64,000 nucleotides of DNA from Octopus vulgaris (taxonomy: Eukaryota): the NCBI GenBank assembly GCA_951406725.2, contig OX597831.1, positions 63,736,001 to 63,800,000 on the forward strand, written 5' to 3'. The notes beneath the pieces were generated by a model, which worked only from the letters and a program-made list of their open reading frames with translations, had not been told where the DNA came from and did no database searches. Made by a program: the position numbers and the translations under genes. Positions 27,651-41,260 of this stretch are shown here, piece by piece; position 1 is the stretch's first letter, and every line of letters begins with the position of its first letter.

Positions 27651-27960
27651 GGATCTTTTTGGTCTGACCAGCAGTTTTTTTAGATAATTTCCACGTAACT
27701 AAACACTTTTAAACTTCGTATACTGGTAGAATGTGTTTATGAAAACATCTTTTTCTCTTGGCTTTATTGAGAAAATTCTATAGTTTGTAAGATATTTGTT
27801 GTTGTTTTTCTTCAATTTCTGCAATGATGTCTATTGAGGTGAAAACATTCTGTGCCATATGAATATGTCCCTCGTTTAAGAAACAGATTGGATTTATTTA
27901 CATTTCTGAAGAAAAAAAGATACCCTTCTCCTTACCCCTAACCCTAACTAACCCTAACTA
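27651..27960. mobile_element. Partial inverted copy of the 16.7-kb MITE, ending in CCCTAA repeats
   Basis: GGATCTTTTTGGTCTGACCAGCAG terminus; internal match to the reverse of 16790-17152. Confidence 0.8.
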
Positions 27961-28402
27961 CTTACTACACAGCCACTAAATAACTTCCTTACTGGTTTTA
28001 CCCAAAATTAATGTACTCTTATGTTTGATGACAACAATCAGAGGTTTATTTCCAATCTTGCATTTAAATTAGATATTTGTCCCTTGAGCTTATTCCAAAC
28101 AGTGCCAATTTTGGGCACGTTTCAACAGGTGATTAACTTATGGAATTCATAACAATATACTCTTGTCTTCAATGAAATATGCACAAGAATAGTTTTTCAT
28201 GTTGATGGGAAAATTCAAATTTAATACCACAAAGTTAAGTATCGCTGATACTATAAACTGAGCTTTCTTGGGGCATCAGTTTATAACTAGGTATATTAGG
28301 GTTTTAAATATTTAGAATCTTTACTAGAAAAGCAATATGGTGTCACACATGTAATAAAAGCTGCTAATAGAGAATGCATTCCTTCAATATAGCAGAACCA
28401 GG

Positions 28403-28455
<53 letters not shown>

Positions 28456-28761
28456 ATTTGTGTGTGTGTGTGTGTATGTGTGTGTGTCTGTTTGTTTGTC
28501 TTAGTGTTTGCTCCTCGCCACCATTTGACGACTGGTGTTGGTCTGTTTACATCCCTATGAATTATCAGTTCAGCAAAACAAAACTGATAAGTTCAGCAAA
28601 ACAAAACTGATAGACTAAATACCAAACATCAAAAAAAAAAATAATAATAATAAATAAATAAAAAATAAGAATTAGGGTTGATTTGTTCAATTAAACCCTC
28701 AAAACAGTACTCCAGCATGGCCACAGTCAGATGGCTGAAACAAGTAAAAGATATAAGATAA

Positions 28762-28795
<34 letters not shown>

Positions 28796-28798
<3 letters not shown>

Positions 28799-29236
28799 CA
28801 AAATCAAAATCAAAATCAAAATCGATCAACATCAATGGAAATTGTAGCTGTGATACCAGTGCCGGTGGCATGTAGAGAACCATCCGAACATGGCCATTGT
28901 CAGCGCCGCCCCGACTGGCCTCTGTGCTAATGGCATGTAAAATGTACCATCCGATCGTGGCCATTGCCAGCCTCGCCCGGCCTCCGTGCCAGTGGCACGT
29001 AAAAAGCACCATCCGATCATGGCCATTTGCCAGCCTCATCTGACACCTGTGCCGGTGGCACGTAAAAAGCACCCACTACACTCACGGATTGGTTGGCGTT
29101 AGGAAGGGCATCCAGCCATAGAAACATTGCCAGATCAGACTGGGCCTGGTGCAGACTTCTGGATTCCCAGACCCCAGTTGAACTGTTCAACCCATGCTAG
29201 CATGGAAAGCAGATGCTAAACGATGATGATGATGAT
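28796..29236 (+). mobile_element. Repeat family C element with (AAAATC)n head, internal ~60-bp repeats and (GAT)n tail
   Basis: Direct similarity to the 11.4 and 13.7 kb copies. Confidence 0.8.
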
Positions 29237-30217
29237 ATATTTCTGTTTGTGTTTGGCGGTGTGATTAAGAAGTTTGCTCCATGACCATGTGGCTTCAGAT
29301 GTACCCCATTGTACAGTCCCTCGGATAAAAGCCTTCTGCTATCGCCTTGAGGTCAACCAAAGCTTTGCAATTGGATTAGACTGAAATATTGCATTTTGCA
29401 GGTCCTCTCCACACTGCTTGACAACCGATGTTGGTTTGTTTATGTCCCTGTAATTTAGCAGTTCTGAAAAGAAGACCAATAGAATAAGTACCAGTCTTTA
29501 AAAAATAATTACTGTGGTCAATTTATTTGACTAAACTCATGGAAGTGATGCTCCAGCATGGCCACTGTCCAATGATTGAAGAAAAAGCATGAGAAAAAAT
29601 AAACGTTACAATCATGTGAGCAGTAACCATTTGCTCGTGAGCTTCTATGAAAACATGCCAAACCATTCTGTTTTCACAGAAGATTACTGTTCATGTTCAA
29701 AAGATAAGAAATATTACTTTGCATGGAGACAGGTGAAGGTTTGTGACAGGAAAAGCACCTGGCCACAGGAAATCTATCCCATGCACGCATGGAAAAGTAG
29801 ACATTAAAACAATGATGATGACACAGAATCATTGGAATGATGGTGGTGGTGATGATGATGATGATAATGATCATCATCATCATCATCATCATCATGGTCG
29901 TGGTCGTGGTTTTCGGTGGTGGTGGCAGTGGTGGTGGCAGTGTGGTGTGTGTGTGAATGTCACTATATATTTCAAATACTAATAATATCTTATATTTCCA
30001 AATACACGAGTGTCTGTTCCATATTTTAAATAATAGTGCAGACAATAAATCAACTCACTGGAATGTTGTCAAATTCTTTATTCATAGCATTTTTCTACCA
30101 TTCATTTTGATTAGAATCATATATTAATAACATATACACACAATTTAGAGAAGCACATACGGTGCATATATGTATCTATGTATCAACATGTATGCACACA
30201 CATATATATAAACATAG

Positions 30218-30381
<164 letters not shown>

Positions 30382-30438
30382 ATATATATGCATTCGTATA
30401 TGCATATAAATATATAGACAGATGGACAGGTGGAAATA

Positions 30439-30472
<34 letters not shown>

Positions 30473-30881
30473 ACTTTAAAGTAATGTAACAAATATATTT
30501 CAAAGATTATAAAATAATTAATTGGTAAATATGTTGTACCTGTCAACTTGAGCTGGGAAGTTCATCAATCATTTTTCTAAACATCAGCAATATGAAAAAA
30601 GTTGGATCGCAATTACCACGTATGACAGGCAGTCGCATGTGCACAGACACGTGCATGCACAAAAGCGTGCATGCACACACACACATACACACAACTATGG
30701 AGTAAAATATCTTGAAAAAGGAATTGCTATGGTCCAGAAAAAAAAACTTATACATTAAAATCAAATTAATAAATATATCATCTTAATGATAAACTTCTTT
30801 TTGTTTGAAGTGGTAGTGAGGTATTCTTTCATAAAGAAATTCTTAATTTCTACAGAATTAATTCCTTGATATTGTGACATT

Positions 30882-31090
30882 ACTCTTTCTACTCTTTTAC
30901 TTGTTTCAGTCATTTGACTGCAGCCATGCTGGAGCACCGCCTTTAGTCAAGCAAATCGACCCCGGGACTTATTCTTTGTAAGCCCAGTACTTATTTTATC
31001 GGTCTCTTTTGCCGAACCGCTAAGTGACGGGGACGTAAACACACCAGCATCGGTTGTCAAGCGATGTTGGGGAGACAAACAGAGACACAA

Positions 31091-31136
<46 letters not shown>

Positions 31137-31289
31137 GACAGGCTTCTTTCAGTTTCCGTCTACCAAATCCACTCGCAAGGCTTTGGTCGGCCCAGGGCTA
31201 TAGCAGAAGACACTTGCTCAAGATGCCATGCAGTGGGATTGAACCCAGAACCATGTGGTTGGTTAGCAAGCTACTTACCACACAGCCAC
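30882..31289 (-). mobile_element. SINE family A
   Basis: Reverse complement of family A. Confidence 0.88.
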
Positions 31290-32199
31290 ATTGTTAATGT
31301 TCTTGGAACTTGCTTTGTAATGTAATATTTAAATGCTTCAGCCTTTTCTTGTTCTAGCTATATATTTTGGTGTAACCATCCTTCCCCAATAAATTTGATG
31401 TTTTATGAAACTTAGAGTATGGGTTAAATCCTTTTAGCAAACGTTCTCAGTTAGTGCTTTTAATCATTGGTTTTTCTGTATTATTTATTTCATCGTCTCA
31501 TACTTCTCCACAGGTTAGTTGTGGCTTGAGATTTTTTTGTGATTTTATAAGTACATTTCTAGTCATAAGGGAAACTGGTAGACAATTGGTTATAGACTCC
31601 ATCATACAACAGTTAAAAGTATAGCAGCTTTATCTTGTCCATCATCATTAACATCATCTTTTGTAAGTGCTTTTCAACTCACCTGTGCTAAACCTATCTC
31701 TCAATCCTTTCACTTTAGGATGTTTAGTCAAACAACTACAATAACATATTACCAAGTCCAAAGTAAGAGCTAGTCAGGCTATAGTTTACATGCTTCCCTT
31801 TAATTCATACAAAGATTAGTTGTGTCCAGTTGAGCTAAACAATGTGTTATCGATTAAATAGAAAGAGAAATGACTGCGGTATAAAATATTCTTTTGCTTT
31901 CACTTCCTGAATTTAGCTCATGTATAATGCATGTGATCCATTTTCAGCAAACCCTTAGAATTTAATGGAATTTTAAAAATTTGATCACTGCTATTTATCC
32001 CTACCTTTATATTCTTCCTCTGCACTCAGAGCCATCTGCAAGTCTCAAGCTTGCTTCGTTATTGTTATATTTTAAATCCTGTTTTCCTAACTCTGGTGCT
32101 GCTCTGCTTTCAGCGGATGATTCAAGAAAGCATTCAGATAGTGAATGTATTGAACTAGTTTTGAAAGGTAAGTTTACTGAAGCACACCAAACGTCATGA

Positions 32200-32570
32200 T
32201 AAGGAGACAATAACTGCACATTTCTTTTCAATGGTTTGGTCTGAAGGAAGGGGTTGTAACTATGACCTTTGTAAGCCCTCGAAGGATACTGAGATCAATA
32301 TATTAAATGTTCCTTTCAAGTAGTTGTGAATTAATTGTTACAAGCAAAACATGAGCTGAGAAGGAATTCCAGAGGGATTACATTCCCAGACGGAAGGACT
32401 GGCAAATTTGCTAATTCAGAGTTTAGGATAGGATATAACATGGATAACAAGAGAAAGAGACCCAAGAGAGTTGAAAGTACCTGTGTGGAGGTGGTACAAG
32501 ATCAGCTATTTTTGAAGAGCAGAGGACGCTATAGTAAGGGTAATGAAAAAGGCAGAGAGAGGAGATAATA
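32200..32570 (-). mobile_element. Decayed CR1/Jockey-group LINE 3' end
   Basis: Minus strand reads SLCLF..YY...CSSKIADLVPPP...LWNS..AHV.. with frameshifts; homologous to the plus-strand copy at 46510-46910. Confidence 0.6.
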
Positions 32571-33335
32571 CAACCATGGACTAGAGATCAAAACAAATAA
32601 TAATTAGCAAGTGTATTTTCTTCAAATGCAGTCTATGATGTATATATATGTGTGTAGCAACAGCACCAGACCATATAAAGGAGTAATAATCCATGGTGAA
32701 TCACACTTGAGATTCATAAACATCATTTGACAAGTTGTGGTGCACCTGAGCACTGTATACAATAATTTCGTTATTATTATTATTATTCAAACTACAGCTA
32801 ATTCATGGATGAACATTGAAGAATTTTCTGGGTAGTCTTTGAGATGCAGCTTTTGCATTGTTGATGATGTGCATTCTCTTCATCACCGAGGAAAAGTCTT
32901 CAATGATGATGAAGAAACTTTGACTGTTTTATTTGTATGTAATTCATGTTGAAAGTGAATGGGACATCGACTGGATGATGTAGGAAACATTTTTTATTGT
33001 ACTTTTTAAATGTTCTAAACATTTTTGTAGCATTTCTCTTTTATAAATATAACAAGCTATAGCTCTATGTTATATGAGTTTATGCATGTCATTTAGAATT
33101 TCCAATCTGATATCAGGAATTTATCTAGTTGTGGGTTTTTTTGCTTTATTTTGATTATCACTAGAAAAGATTTCTATATCCTCTAAATGAACTTCATCTT
33201 TCCATTTCACAGGACAAATTACTCTCAGCCACACCAAATGCAAAACATTGTATATTCATCAGATTTACTCTGAAATATGCTTAAAACTCTTGTTCACAGA
33301 CTAGGACTATTGATGAACACACACACACACATACA

Positions 33336-33402
<67 letters not shown>

Positions 33403-34722
33403 TCACTTCCTTATACAAAAATAACTAATTACAAAATACAAAATCATGATGATGGTTATGATTCTATTTTGAAACAAGACCTTCTAGACTTTTTGTTGTG
33501 TATGTGTGTTCATGTATGCATAACAAATTTTGGTATCTATAATATAAAAGCATCCAATAAGTTTGATAAATTGATGTTTGGTGACTGATTTTTCAAACTG
33601 ATTACAAGATTTGGGTAGCAGTATAGTTACAAAAGAGGAAAATAAATTTCAGACGCATCAATATTTAATTTATCAGTAAAAGTTTTTGTTCAGTTACCAT
33701 GAAACACTGTTTTTTTTTGTGTGTGTTTAATAATTTCATCTCATAACTTGCAGTTACCATTATTTTTTTAAACTAACATTTGAGAAAATAAATTAATATA
33801 ACTCACAAGAATCTGATATGCTTCTAAACTCTTCGAGTTGAGTGTGAGACTACATTGTCAAAGAAAAAGCTGAGAAAGTGTCAACTGACAATTCTTGAAA
33901 ATTAATGTTGCTGAGTTTTTGCAGAAAAAGAACTGCAACAGGATTTTTAAGAATTTGAGAAAGCAGATTGCTGTTGTCATTATTAAAAATTTTAAAAAGG
34001 CATTTAACTGGCATAATCATTAACTTGCCAGGCAAAATGCTTAGTGGCATTCTGAGTCCAAATTCTGCTATGGTTGACTTAGCCTTTCATCCTCCCAGGG
34101 GCAATAAAATAAATGCCATTCGAACACTAGAGTCAAGGTAACCAACTTGCCCACTTCTCCGAAATTGCTGGCCTTGTGCCAGAATTTCAAACCATTATTA
34201 AACTTTTCTAAAATCAATGCAAATGGACTGGACGATGGTTGTTGAATAATAACATTTTTGGCAGCCAGCCAAAATCAATAGAATACCAGAAGACAACTAA
34301 AATATTCCAGTAACAGAACAGACAGGCAGGAAACAGGAAACTTATTGCGTCCTTGGTCGAAACACGTGCAACTCCTTACAGCTAGGAATTCACTGTCATA
34401 AGCAACAGCTACTGCAGTGGCTCCGGTGCTCTAGAGCTAACAAATATTTCATTGGTTTGCAATGCTGTTTGGTTAATTCAGAAGGAAAATCTGCATAATA
34501 AATCTATGTGAAAATTTCTCTGTTAAGGCAACAGTGAAGCATAAACCCCCATCTATATCCTTGAACTAAAAAACAAAGATGATTAATATCTTGACATACT
34601 TAATCAAATAAAAGGTGCTATCATTAATTATCATTATTCCAAATTCTCTTCATCTCTCAGGATAGACCCTTATATATTTCATTTTTCTCAATTTCCTTGA
34701 CATCCACTATGCTATCATATGG

Positions 34723-34840
34723 ATTATTATTATTATTATTATTATTATTATCATTATTATTATTATTATTATCATTATTATTATCATTATTACTATTATT
34801 ATCATTACTATTATTATCATTATTATTACTATTAGTATTA

Positions 34841-34892
<52 letters not shown>

Positions 34893-34903
34893 TATGATTA
34901 TTA
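34723..34903. repeat. (TTA)n microsatellite
   Basis: Seen directly; it produces the spurious poly-Leu ORF. Confidence 0.95.
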
Positions 34904-35512
34904 TTTACATTCTGAGTTTAAATACTACCAAGATCAACTTTGCCTTTCATCTTTTCAAGGTCAATAATACAAGTACTAGTTGAGCACTGGGGTTGATGTA
35001 ATTGATTTACCATTCCCTCCCCTGAAATTGCTGGCCTTGTGCCAGAGTTTGAACCCAATACATGTACATTGTTTCTATTGAAATAAACTATTGAGGTTTA
35101 CAATCAATGTCAGAATGAATCAATCATTGATCTAAGTTTACAATCAATGTTTTGACATATTTGATTCAAGTATCATCCAGCATACTATGTTGGCAGGTAA
35201 TTCAATCGCATAAAAATGTATCGATTCCTACTGGTTCCTACATAAAAAGTCTGTAAGTTCGGTTACATAAATTAATTATTATTATTTCTTCATGATTGAA
35301 ATCACTGATAATTGTAATGTACAGAACCACTGAAATACAACAATAAATTAAGAAACTGATAATTGTATTTCATGCTGCTGTTTAGCCCTAATTCAGCCCT
35401 CACTAAGCGGACCTATCATCAAAAGTATTTCATCTGGGACCCTCCTGTTTTTTTTTTTACCATGTGCAAGGAACACAGAGCCACATTACTAATGCATCAT
35501 TTTTTCAAGATT

Positions 35513-35787
35513 TGAGTTTGTTCCTTCCTTCTCGAGCCATGCCTGGCTCATAAGGGCCAGTTTCCCAGTTTCCTTGGCATATAGGTTCCCCACCTGGATG
35601 GGACGCCGGTCCGTCGCAGGTGAGCTGCAAGATGCAGGAGTAAATGTGATAGAAAGTTGTGGCAAGAAAGTCGTAAGTAGTTCGCCATTACCTTCTGCCG
35701 GAGCCGCATAAACACACACATTGCCAGGTCTGAGATTCGAACCCATGATCCCTCGACCGTGAGTCCGTTGCTCTAACTACTAGGCCA
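35513..35787 (-). mobile_element. SINE family D
   Basis: Reverse complement of 15845-16130. Confidence 0.8.
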
Positions 35788-36732
35788 AGATTTGAGTGAG
35801 GTTTAATTGCTATTTCTAACAGTTTGAATGTCTGCATAAAGACGCCTTTGTTTGCAATATTTTCTACAAACTAGAGCTTCTCTATATGTCTTATATCAAT
35901 CTTGAAAAAGAGAAATGTGAGAAATATTGAAGGAAAATTAATTAATATTTATACTTATCACTTTGGTTTGCTTCGTATAAGTTATATAATTAATTTATGA
36001 AAAAGATTCGGTAAGATATTGTCTTCACGAGATGCAAGAAGATAATATGTATCATAAAGACTTAGATAAATGTTCATATTAAGTTTTTTGTTAATTTATT
36101 TAGTCTCTTAAACGAATTGGTCACAAGAGCGAACTTACTAAAACAAAATTAAGTTTAAATTCAGTAGTTATTCTAAATATAAAATGAAAATATTTGAAAA
36201 TGATTTGAAAAGTAATAAAAGACAAAATGATTAAATATCTGACTTGTTCATATAAAATATGAAACTTATAAATTTCCAAAAGGGTAAAATTATTCAGCTA
36301 CTGTTCACACAATGAAGAAGATCTTTTTTAGCTCATCAAAACATTCACCTAACAGGAGAAAGCAATTAAATTTTTGAGGGGGAAATCTACTGGTGTTAAG
36401 ACTTGAATTACCTCCTCTGAGTTACTCTCTAATTTACTTCATTCTCTGCAACCCAAAATGAAGGACTTTGAAAAGATCAATCTACACTAATATTCTGCCT
36501 TCAATATTTATTCTGTTCCTCATTAAACTGTAATCTATTATTGTAACTATTTTACCTCTTCAAAAGAAAGAATTTTGGGATGATCGTAACAATATTTTTG
36601 CATCATTTATCAATTGTAAATTCATTTGTTTCTGTTGGTGCATTCAAAAAGTCATACAGAATCATAAAAAATTTCATTTTGGGATTTGGTTTGCAAGATT
36701 CTTTATATGAGTTCGTGTGTTGAAGCATATTC

Positions 36733-36963
36733 TGTTGTGTCTGGGGAGAGTCATTTTCTTTTTGTGCCTTATTATTTAACACACTCACCGGTAAACTTTC
36801 CACTTATTTCTTATTTTTATTTTCCTAAAATTTTCGTTGTGTCTTGCAACCTTTTCGATAGAAAATTTTAGGAAAATAAAAATAAGAAATAAGTGGAAAT
36901 CTTACCGGTGCATGTGTTACATTATAAGGCACAAAAAGAAAATGACTCTCCCCAGACACAACA
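36733..36963. repeat. Long inverted repeat (103-bp arms, 25-nt loop), Penelope-LTR-like, with a hammerhead-like motif at the junction
   Basis: 36733-36835 pairs with 36861-36963 with few mismatches. Confidence 0.9.
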
Positions 36964-37228
36964 TAAAACATTTCTTTTTCCCTTAATTCCATGTTTCATT
37001 TTTTTTTTTTAGATTTTGATGTAATATTTATGAGAACTGTAGAAATTAATAATGGTCAGTTGTAAGTCTCTGGTTGTATTTGCCCAGAAGATTTTCCTCC
37101 TGCAAGAACCTAATTAGACAAATTGCTTGAAACTTTTTCTGTATAGGTTTTTTTTTTATAACAAAAACTAAATCTTGCTTTTTTTTATTAAAACTTATCT
37201 TTTTTTGTTTTTTTTTCTTTTTTTCCAG

Positions 37229-37474
37229 CTGATGAAAAACTATTAATAAGGTCTCATCCGATGACAGTGAAAGAAGGACAGTCTTTCAAATTAGTCTGTG
37301 ACTTACACATTGAATCCATGTCAAACCTCCTAAAAAATGCTTTGGTTTGGAAACATAACAATGAAAAGCTGACCTTCAATGAAAGAGTTGAAGGAGAATT
37401 CAATGAAACCTACAAAGTGAACACCACTATTGCTATAAAACCTACAGTTTATACTTCAGAACTGGAAATTTTAA
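37229..37474 (+). CDS. Internal coding exon A of an immunoglobulin-superfamily gene (strands A-E of a V-set-like Ig domain)
   Basis: Long polypyrimidine tract ending ttccAG (37227-28); donor A|GTAAGT at 37475; 246 nt, phase 1-1. Translation xDEKLLIRSHPMTVKEGQSFKLVCDLHIESMSNLLKNALVWKHNNEKLTFNERV...YTSELEIL has the VxEGxSxxLxC, WxH and LxI Ig motifs. Confidence 0.9.
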
Positions 37475-37837
37475 GTAAGTACCCTTTTCTTCTAATTCTT
37501 TCTTAATTGATTTTATTGCTACCATGGGATTCTGGGTATTTCTCCCACTCATAATGCAGTAGTGATCACAAGTGTTTTATATAATATTAAAGAGGGTTGC
37601 TGGATGAGTTTGAAACAATGCAAGAAGACAAAGTAAACTACAAAAAGGAAAGAAAATCTCTTTTGTAATCTACTTTGTATCTTACATTCTTGCATTCTTG
37701 CATTGTTCCAGCCGCACCCAACAAGTTTCTTTAATGGAATATCACACAAAGCTTCACCAAAACTACTCCATTCTAAATTAAAGATTTGGTAGACAGAAAC
37801 TGTGCAGAAACCTATCAGAAGTGGCTATGAGATAAGA

Positions 37838-38349
37838 AGCTAGCTTACCAACCACATGGTTCTGGGTTCAGTCCCACTGTGTAGCACCTTAGGCAAGTGT
37901 CTTCTATTATAGCCTCGAGCCGACCAAAGTCTTGAGTGGATTTGGTAGACGGAGACTGAAAGAAGCTCGTCGTATATCTCTCTATATATAAACGGCAGTT
38001 TGTCTGTGTGCGTTTCTGTGTGTCTGTTAGGTTGTACCCTCACCCTGACCACGGCTTTCAACCGATTCTGATGAAACTTGACACACACATAGCCCAATGT
38101 CATAATTCAAAACTAACGCAGCGAAAATTTTGAAAAGTTCCCCCAGTTCTGAAAAAATCGATAAATTCGACATGGGGTCGAGAATCAGAAACACAAACCA
38201 CAGACTGTCTAGGGAACGCAACTCGACCTTTTTAACTAAAAAAAAAAAATTTACCATCATTTTTTTTCCATTTTTTGGCTATAACTCTCTAAAAATGCTT
38301 TATAGTTATTTCCCTTACAAACCCGAGCAACGCCGGGCGATACTACTAG

Positions 38350-38380
<31 letters not shown>

Positions 38381-38585
38381 ATATGTTTGTGTGTCTGTGT
38401 TTGTTCCCCCACCACCATCGCTTGCCAACCGATGCTGGTGTAACTTAGAGGTTCGGCAAAAGAGACCGATAGAATAAGTACTAGGCTTACAAAGAATAAG
38501 TCCTGGGATCGATTTACTCGACTAAAGGCGATGACCCAGCATGGCCACAGTCAAATGACTGAAACAAGTAAAAGAGTAAAGAGTG
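37838..38585 (+). mobile_element. SINE family A interrupted by a Helitron
   Basis: Family A 5' half runs to ~37976; the 3' half resumes at 38350. Confidence 0.85.
37977..38349 (+). mobile_element. Non-autonomous Helitron
   Basis: A|TC 5' end (TCTCTCTATATATAAA), subterminal hairpin CCCGAGCAACGCCGGG, CTAG|T 3' end, no TSD. Confidence 0.85.
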
Positions 38586-39033
38586 AGATAGTATGTACAT
38601 GTGTGTGTGTGAGTGTGTGTGAGTTTGTATGGTGACTGCAACTTGATTTCAAGTAATGGCATCATCATTTGATTGTTCTCTTAAAACATGAACGTCACAG
38701 AGGTGGCTTTTCAGTCCTGCTAGAGTCTTACAATCTTATACAAACATGACAGTGATGCACACCTCTTGCAGTAGTTGCTGCAATAGTGTTTTAGTGTATT
38801 TTCATATATGTTACATATGTAAACGTCATATAACATTTCAGTCTACTTTCTGATGCACATTTTTTGCACACTTCCTGCAAATAGGGAGGCCATATAATGA
38901 AGGCATTGTTAATAACAATCTTTGTGTGTGTGTGTGTGTGTGTATGTGGCTTTTCGGATGAATTCTAAAGCCTGACATACTTGGACAGGGTTGCCCACAC
39001 TCATTACATGTTGAACTGGGCTTTATACCAATA

Positions 39034-39172
39034 TGAAGGGCATCCAGCCGTAGAAACATTGCCAGATTAGACTGGGCCTGGTGCAGCCTTCAAGCTTCCC
39101 AGACCCCAGTTTAATCGTCCAACCCATGCTAGCATGGAAAGTGGACGCTAAATGATGATGATGATGATGATG
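39034..39172 (+). mobile_element. 3' fragment of repeat family C
   Basis: GAAGGGCATCCAGCCGTAGAAAC...GCATGGAAAG..(GAT)n. Confidence 0.8.
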
Positions 39173-39529
39173 AAATTCACATCAAAACCCTTACAAGCTG
39201 TTCTTGCTTGATACCATTTAATTCAAATTACCTCTTTTCATCATGCGATGCTTTCCTCTCTTCTGAGCAATCCAAAGTGGGATTTTTCCATCCATTTTCT
39301 GAGACTTTGACCTTCTCCAGTATACTGTTGATGGTAATAGTTATACCTTAATTTTGGCTTGCACTCTAGCTTATTACCCACCATAACATTAACACACCAT
39401 AAAAACTTGCTTAAGGTACTGATCATTTTCCCCTTGACCACATAACCACTCCTGCATAATGAACACTGAAGTGCCATGGACTCTGCACTGGTAGACTTCA
39501 TTTGAGGGCTTTCATATGTTTGCCATCAG

Positions 39530-39775
39530 TTAAGTATGCAGTAGAGACAGTTGGTGAAATTGCTCCAGCTTTACTCTATAACCATCGTAAGTAATCCAGG
39601 TTTCACACATTTCTAGCAATACAGAAAAAATACAATTATTGCAGGCCTTTAATTTTGTCTTAATTGAAATTCTATACTGAGGCCATAAATGCTTATTCAA
39701 TTTTCCAAATGCACTGCTGGGTTTCTTGATTGCTTGATTGAGAGAGATTTTATCAAGAGTACTTGTCATCTTCAC
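39530..39775 (-). pseudogene. RTE-clade LINE reverse-transcriptase C-terminal remnant
   Basis: TLDK...IKKPSSAFGKLNKHLW...ISIKTKLK...SVLLEMCETWITY...KLEQFHQLSL matches the RTE/BovB pattern KASxAFGRL..RLW...TKLKVY...LLYGCETWTxY...LExFHxRCLR. Confidence 0.85.
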
Positions 39776-39800
39776 AGTATTGTTTATATATATATACATA

Positions 39801-39836
<36 letters not shown>

Positions 39837-40059
39837 TGTATGTATATACACATGCATATTTACATATATAAATATAAATACATATATTCAGGCATACACA
39901 CATATATAATATATATATATTATATATATATATATATTATATATATATATATATATATACACATATGTATGTATGTATGTATGCATGCATGTATGTATGT
40001 ATGTATGTATGTGTGGGTGTGGGTGTGGGTGTGTGTGTGTAGGTAGGTATGCATATATA

Positions 40060-41260
40060 TACAAGCAATAATCACTTGCTTTATAGGAGTAATGCATTCC
40101 TGGAAAATTTTTGTCATAATGCAAAATTAATTTTCCTATTGATTTTTATGTTACAAAGTGATAATGCATTTTGATGGATTTTTCGAAAGAAAAACAACAA
40201 CAGAAAAAAAAAAAAGGCAAACAACTTGAATAACAAAAATCAAGTAGCTGAACCACTTTTACACATGAAAATAATTTCAAAACATAAAATGTACAATATT
40301 TACGCATAAAAAGATTTGAAGAGAAATACCTTAGAGAATAAACTAGCAATCATAATATTGTAATAGGGAATGTCCTTACCACAAGAGATGTTGACTACTA
40401 TGTGAGGGATGGTGGTGGTGGTGATGGACTGAGAGTTACTGGCAGGATGAAGGATTCTATCTTCTAACTCCTACTTCATCATTATCTGCTTCTACTTGAG
40501 AGGCAAGGAGCTTACGCAAAATTGTTTGATGTTTATGGCACATCATTTCTGTACAACTCGGTGTAGGAATTAAGCTAATTGTAAAGTCCTCTTGTAATCA
40601 TTCATAATTACGGTTGTAATCAACAAAACGTTGCAAAACCTTATTTCATAAGTGTCGTACTTTTAGCAATGTTCTTTGCAGTCAAATTAAGTGGAGTTGA
40701 AGGAGATTCCTTATTCTCATCCATATTCTCAGCCAGTGCTTGTTCTAACAGCATCAATTCCTTGTTTGGTGTACTTTCAGTATAGGATGCTTACAACTCA
40801 ACTACACCATCTTCTATGACTTATTCAAATTCTGTATCTTTTACAAATACCTCAATAACTTTCATCATCATCATCATTTAACGTCCGTTTTCCATGCTAG
40901 TTGGATGATTCGACCGGGGTCTGTGAAGCCAGGAGGCTGCACCAGGCTCCAATCTGATCCGGCAGTGTTTCTACAGCTGGATGCCCTTCCTAATGCCATG
41001 AATTTGATTTAGATTTACTACTTGTAGAAAACCTGTAAATTCACAAATATAGTTTAGCCATATATTTTTTCCATTCTCCATTCAGATTTGAGGATTTCAC
41101 TTCATTCCCTGAATCTGCCATATTATCCATAGCATCCATTATATTGAACTTCTTCCTGACATCTTTTACTCTGAGTTTATCCTCCTTGTTAATTTCTTTC
41201 TTGAGTTATTTAAGTTCTTGTCAGACAATATATCTTGAAATTAACCCTCACACCAGAAAG
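40060..41260 (-). mobile_element. Decayed pogo/Tigger-like DNA transposon 3' part, with a family C fragment inserted at ~40863-40998
   Basis: Minus strand near 41060-41150 reads FNIMDAMDN/ADSGNEVKSSNLNGEWKK, like the Tigger NIxDAIxNIxxAWxEVxxxxMNGxWKKL motif; many stops and frameshifts. Confidence 0.55.

Noticed and set aside
32030-32167. Possible upstream exon of the Ig gene (cAG at 32028 or 32112, AAG|GTAAGT donor, phase 1-1, open frame)
   Set aside because: The peptide is neither a signal peptide nor Ig-like. The DNA resembles a decayed LINE RT segment (KSQ...IQ.KAFR.VN) next to another LINE remnant. Cannot be excluded without RNA-seq.
38068-38074. CTGATGA hammerhead core inside the Helitron
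   Set aside because: No stem II followed by GAAA and no stem I.
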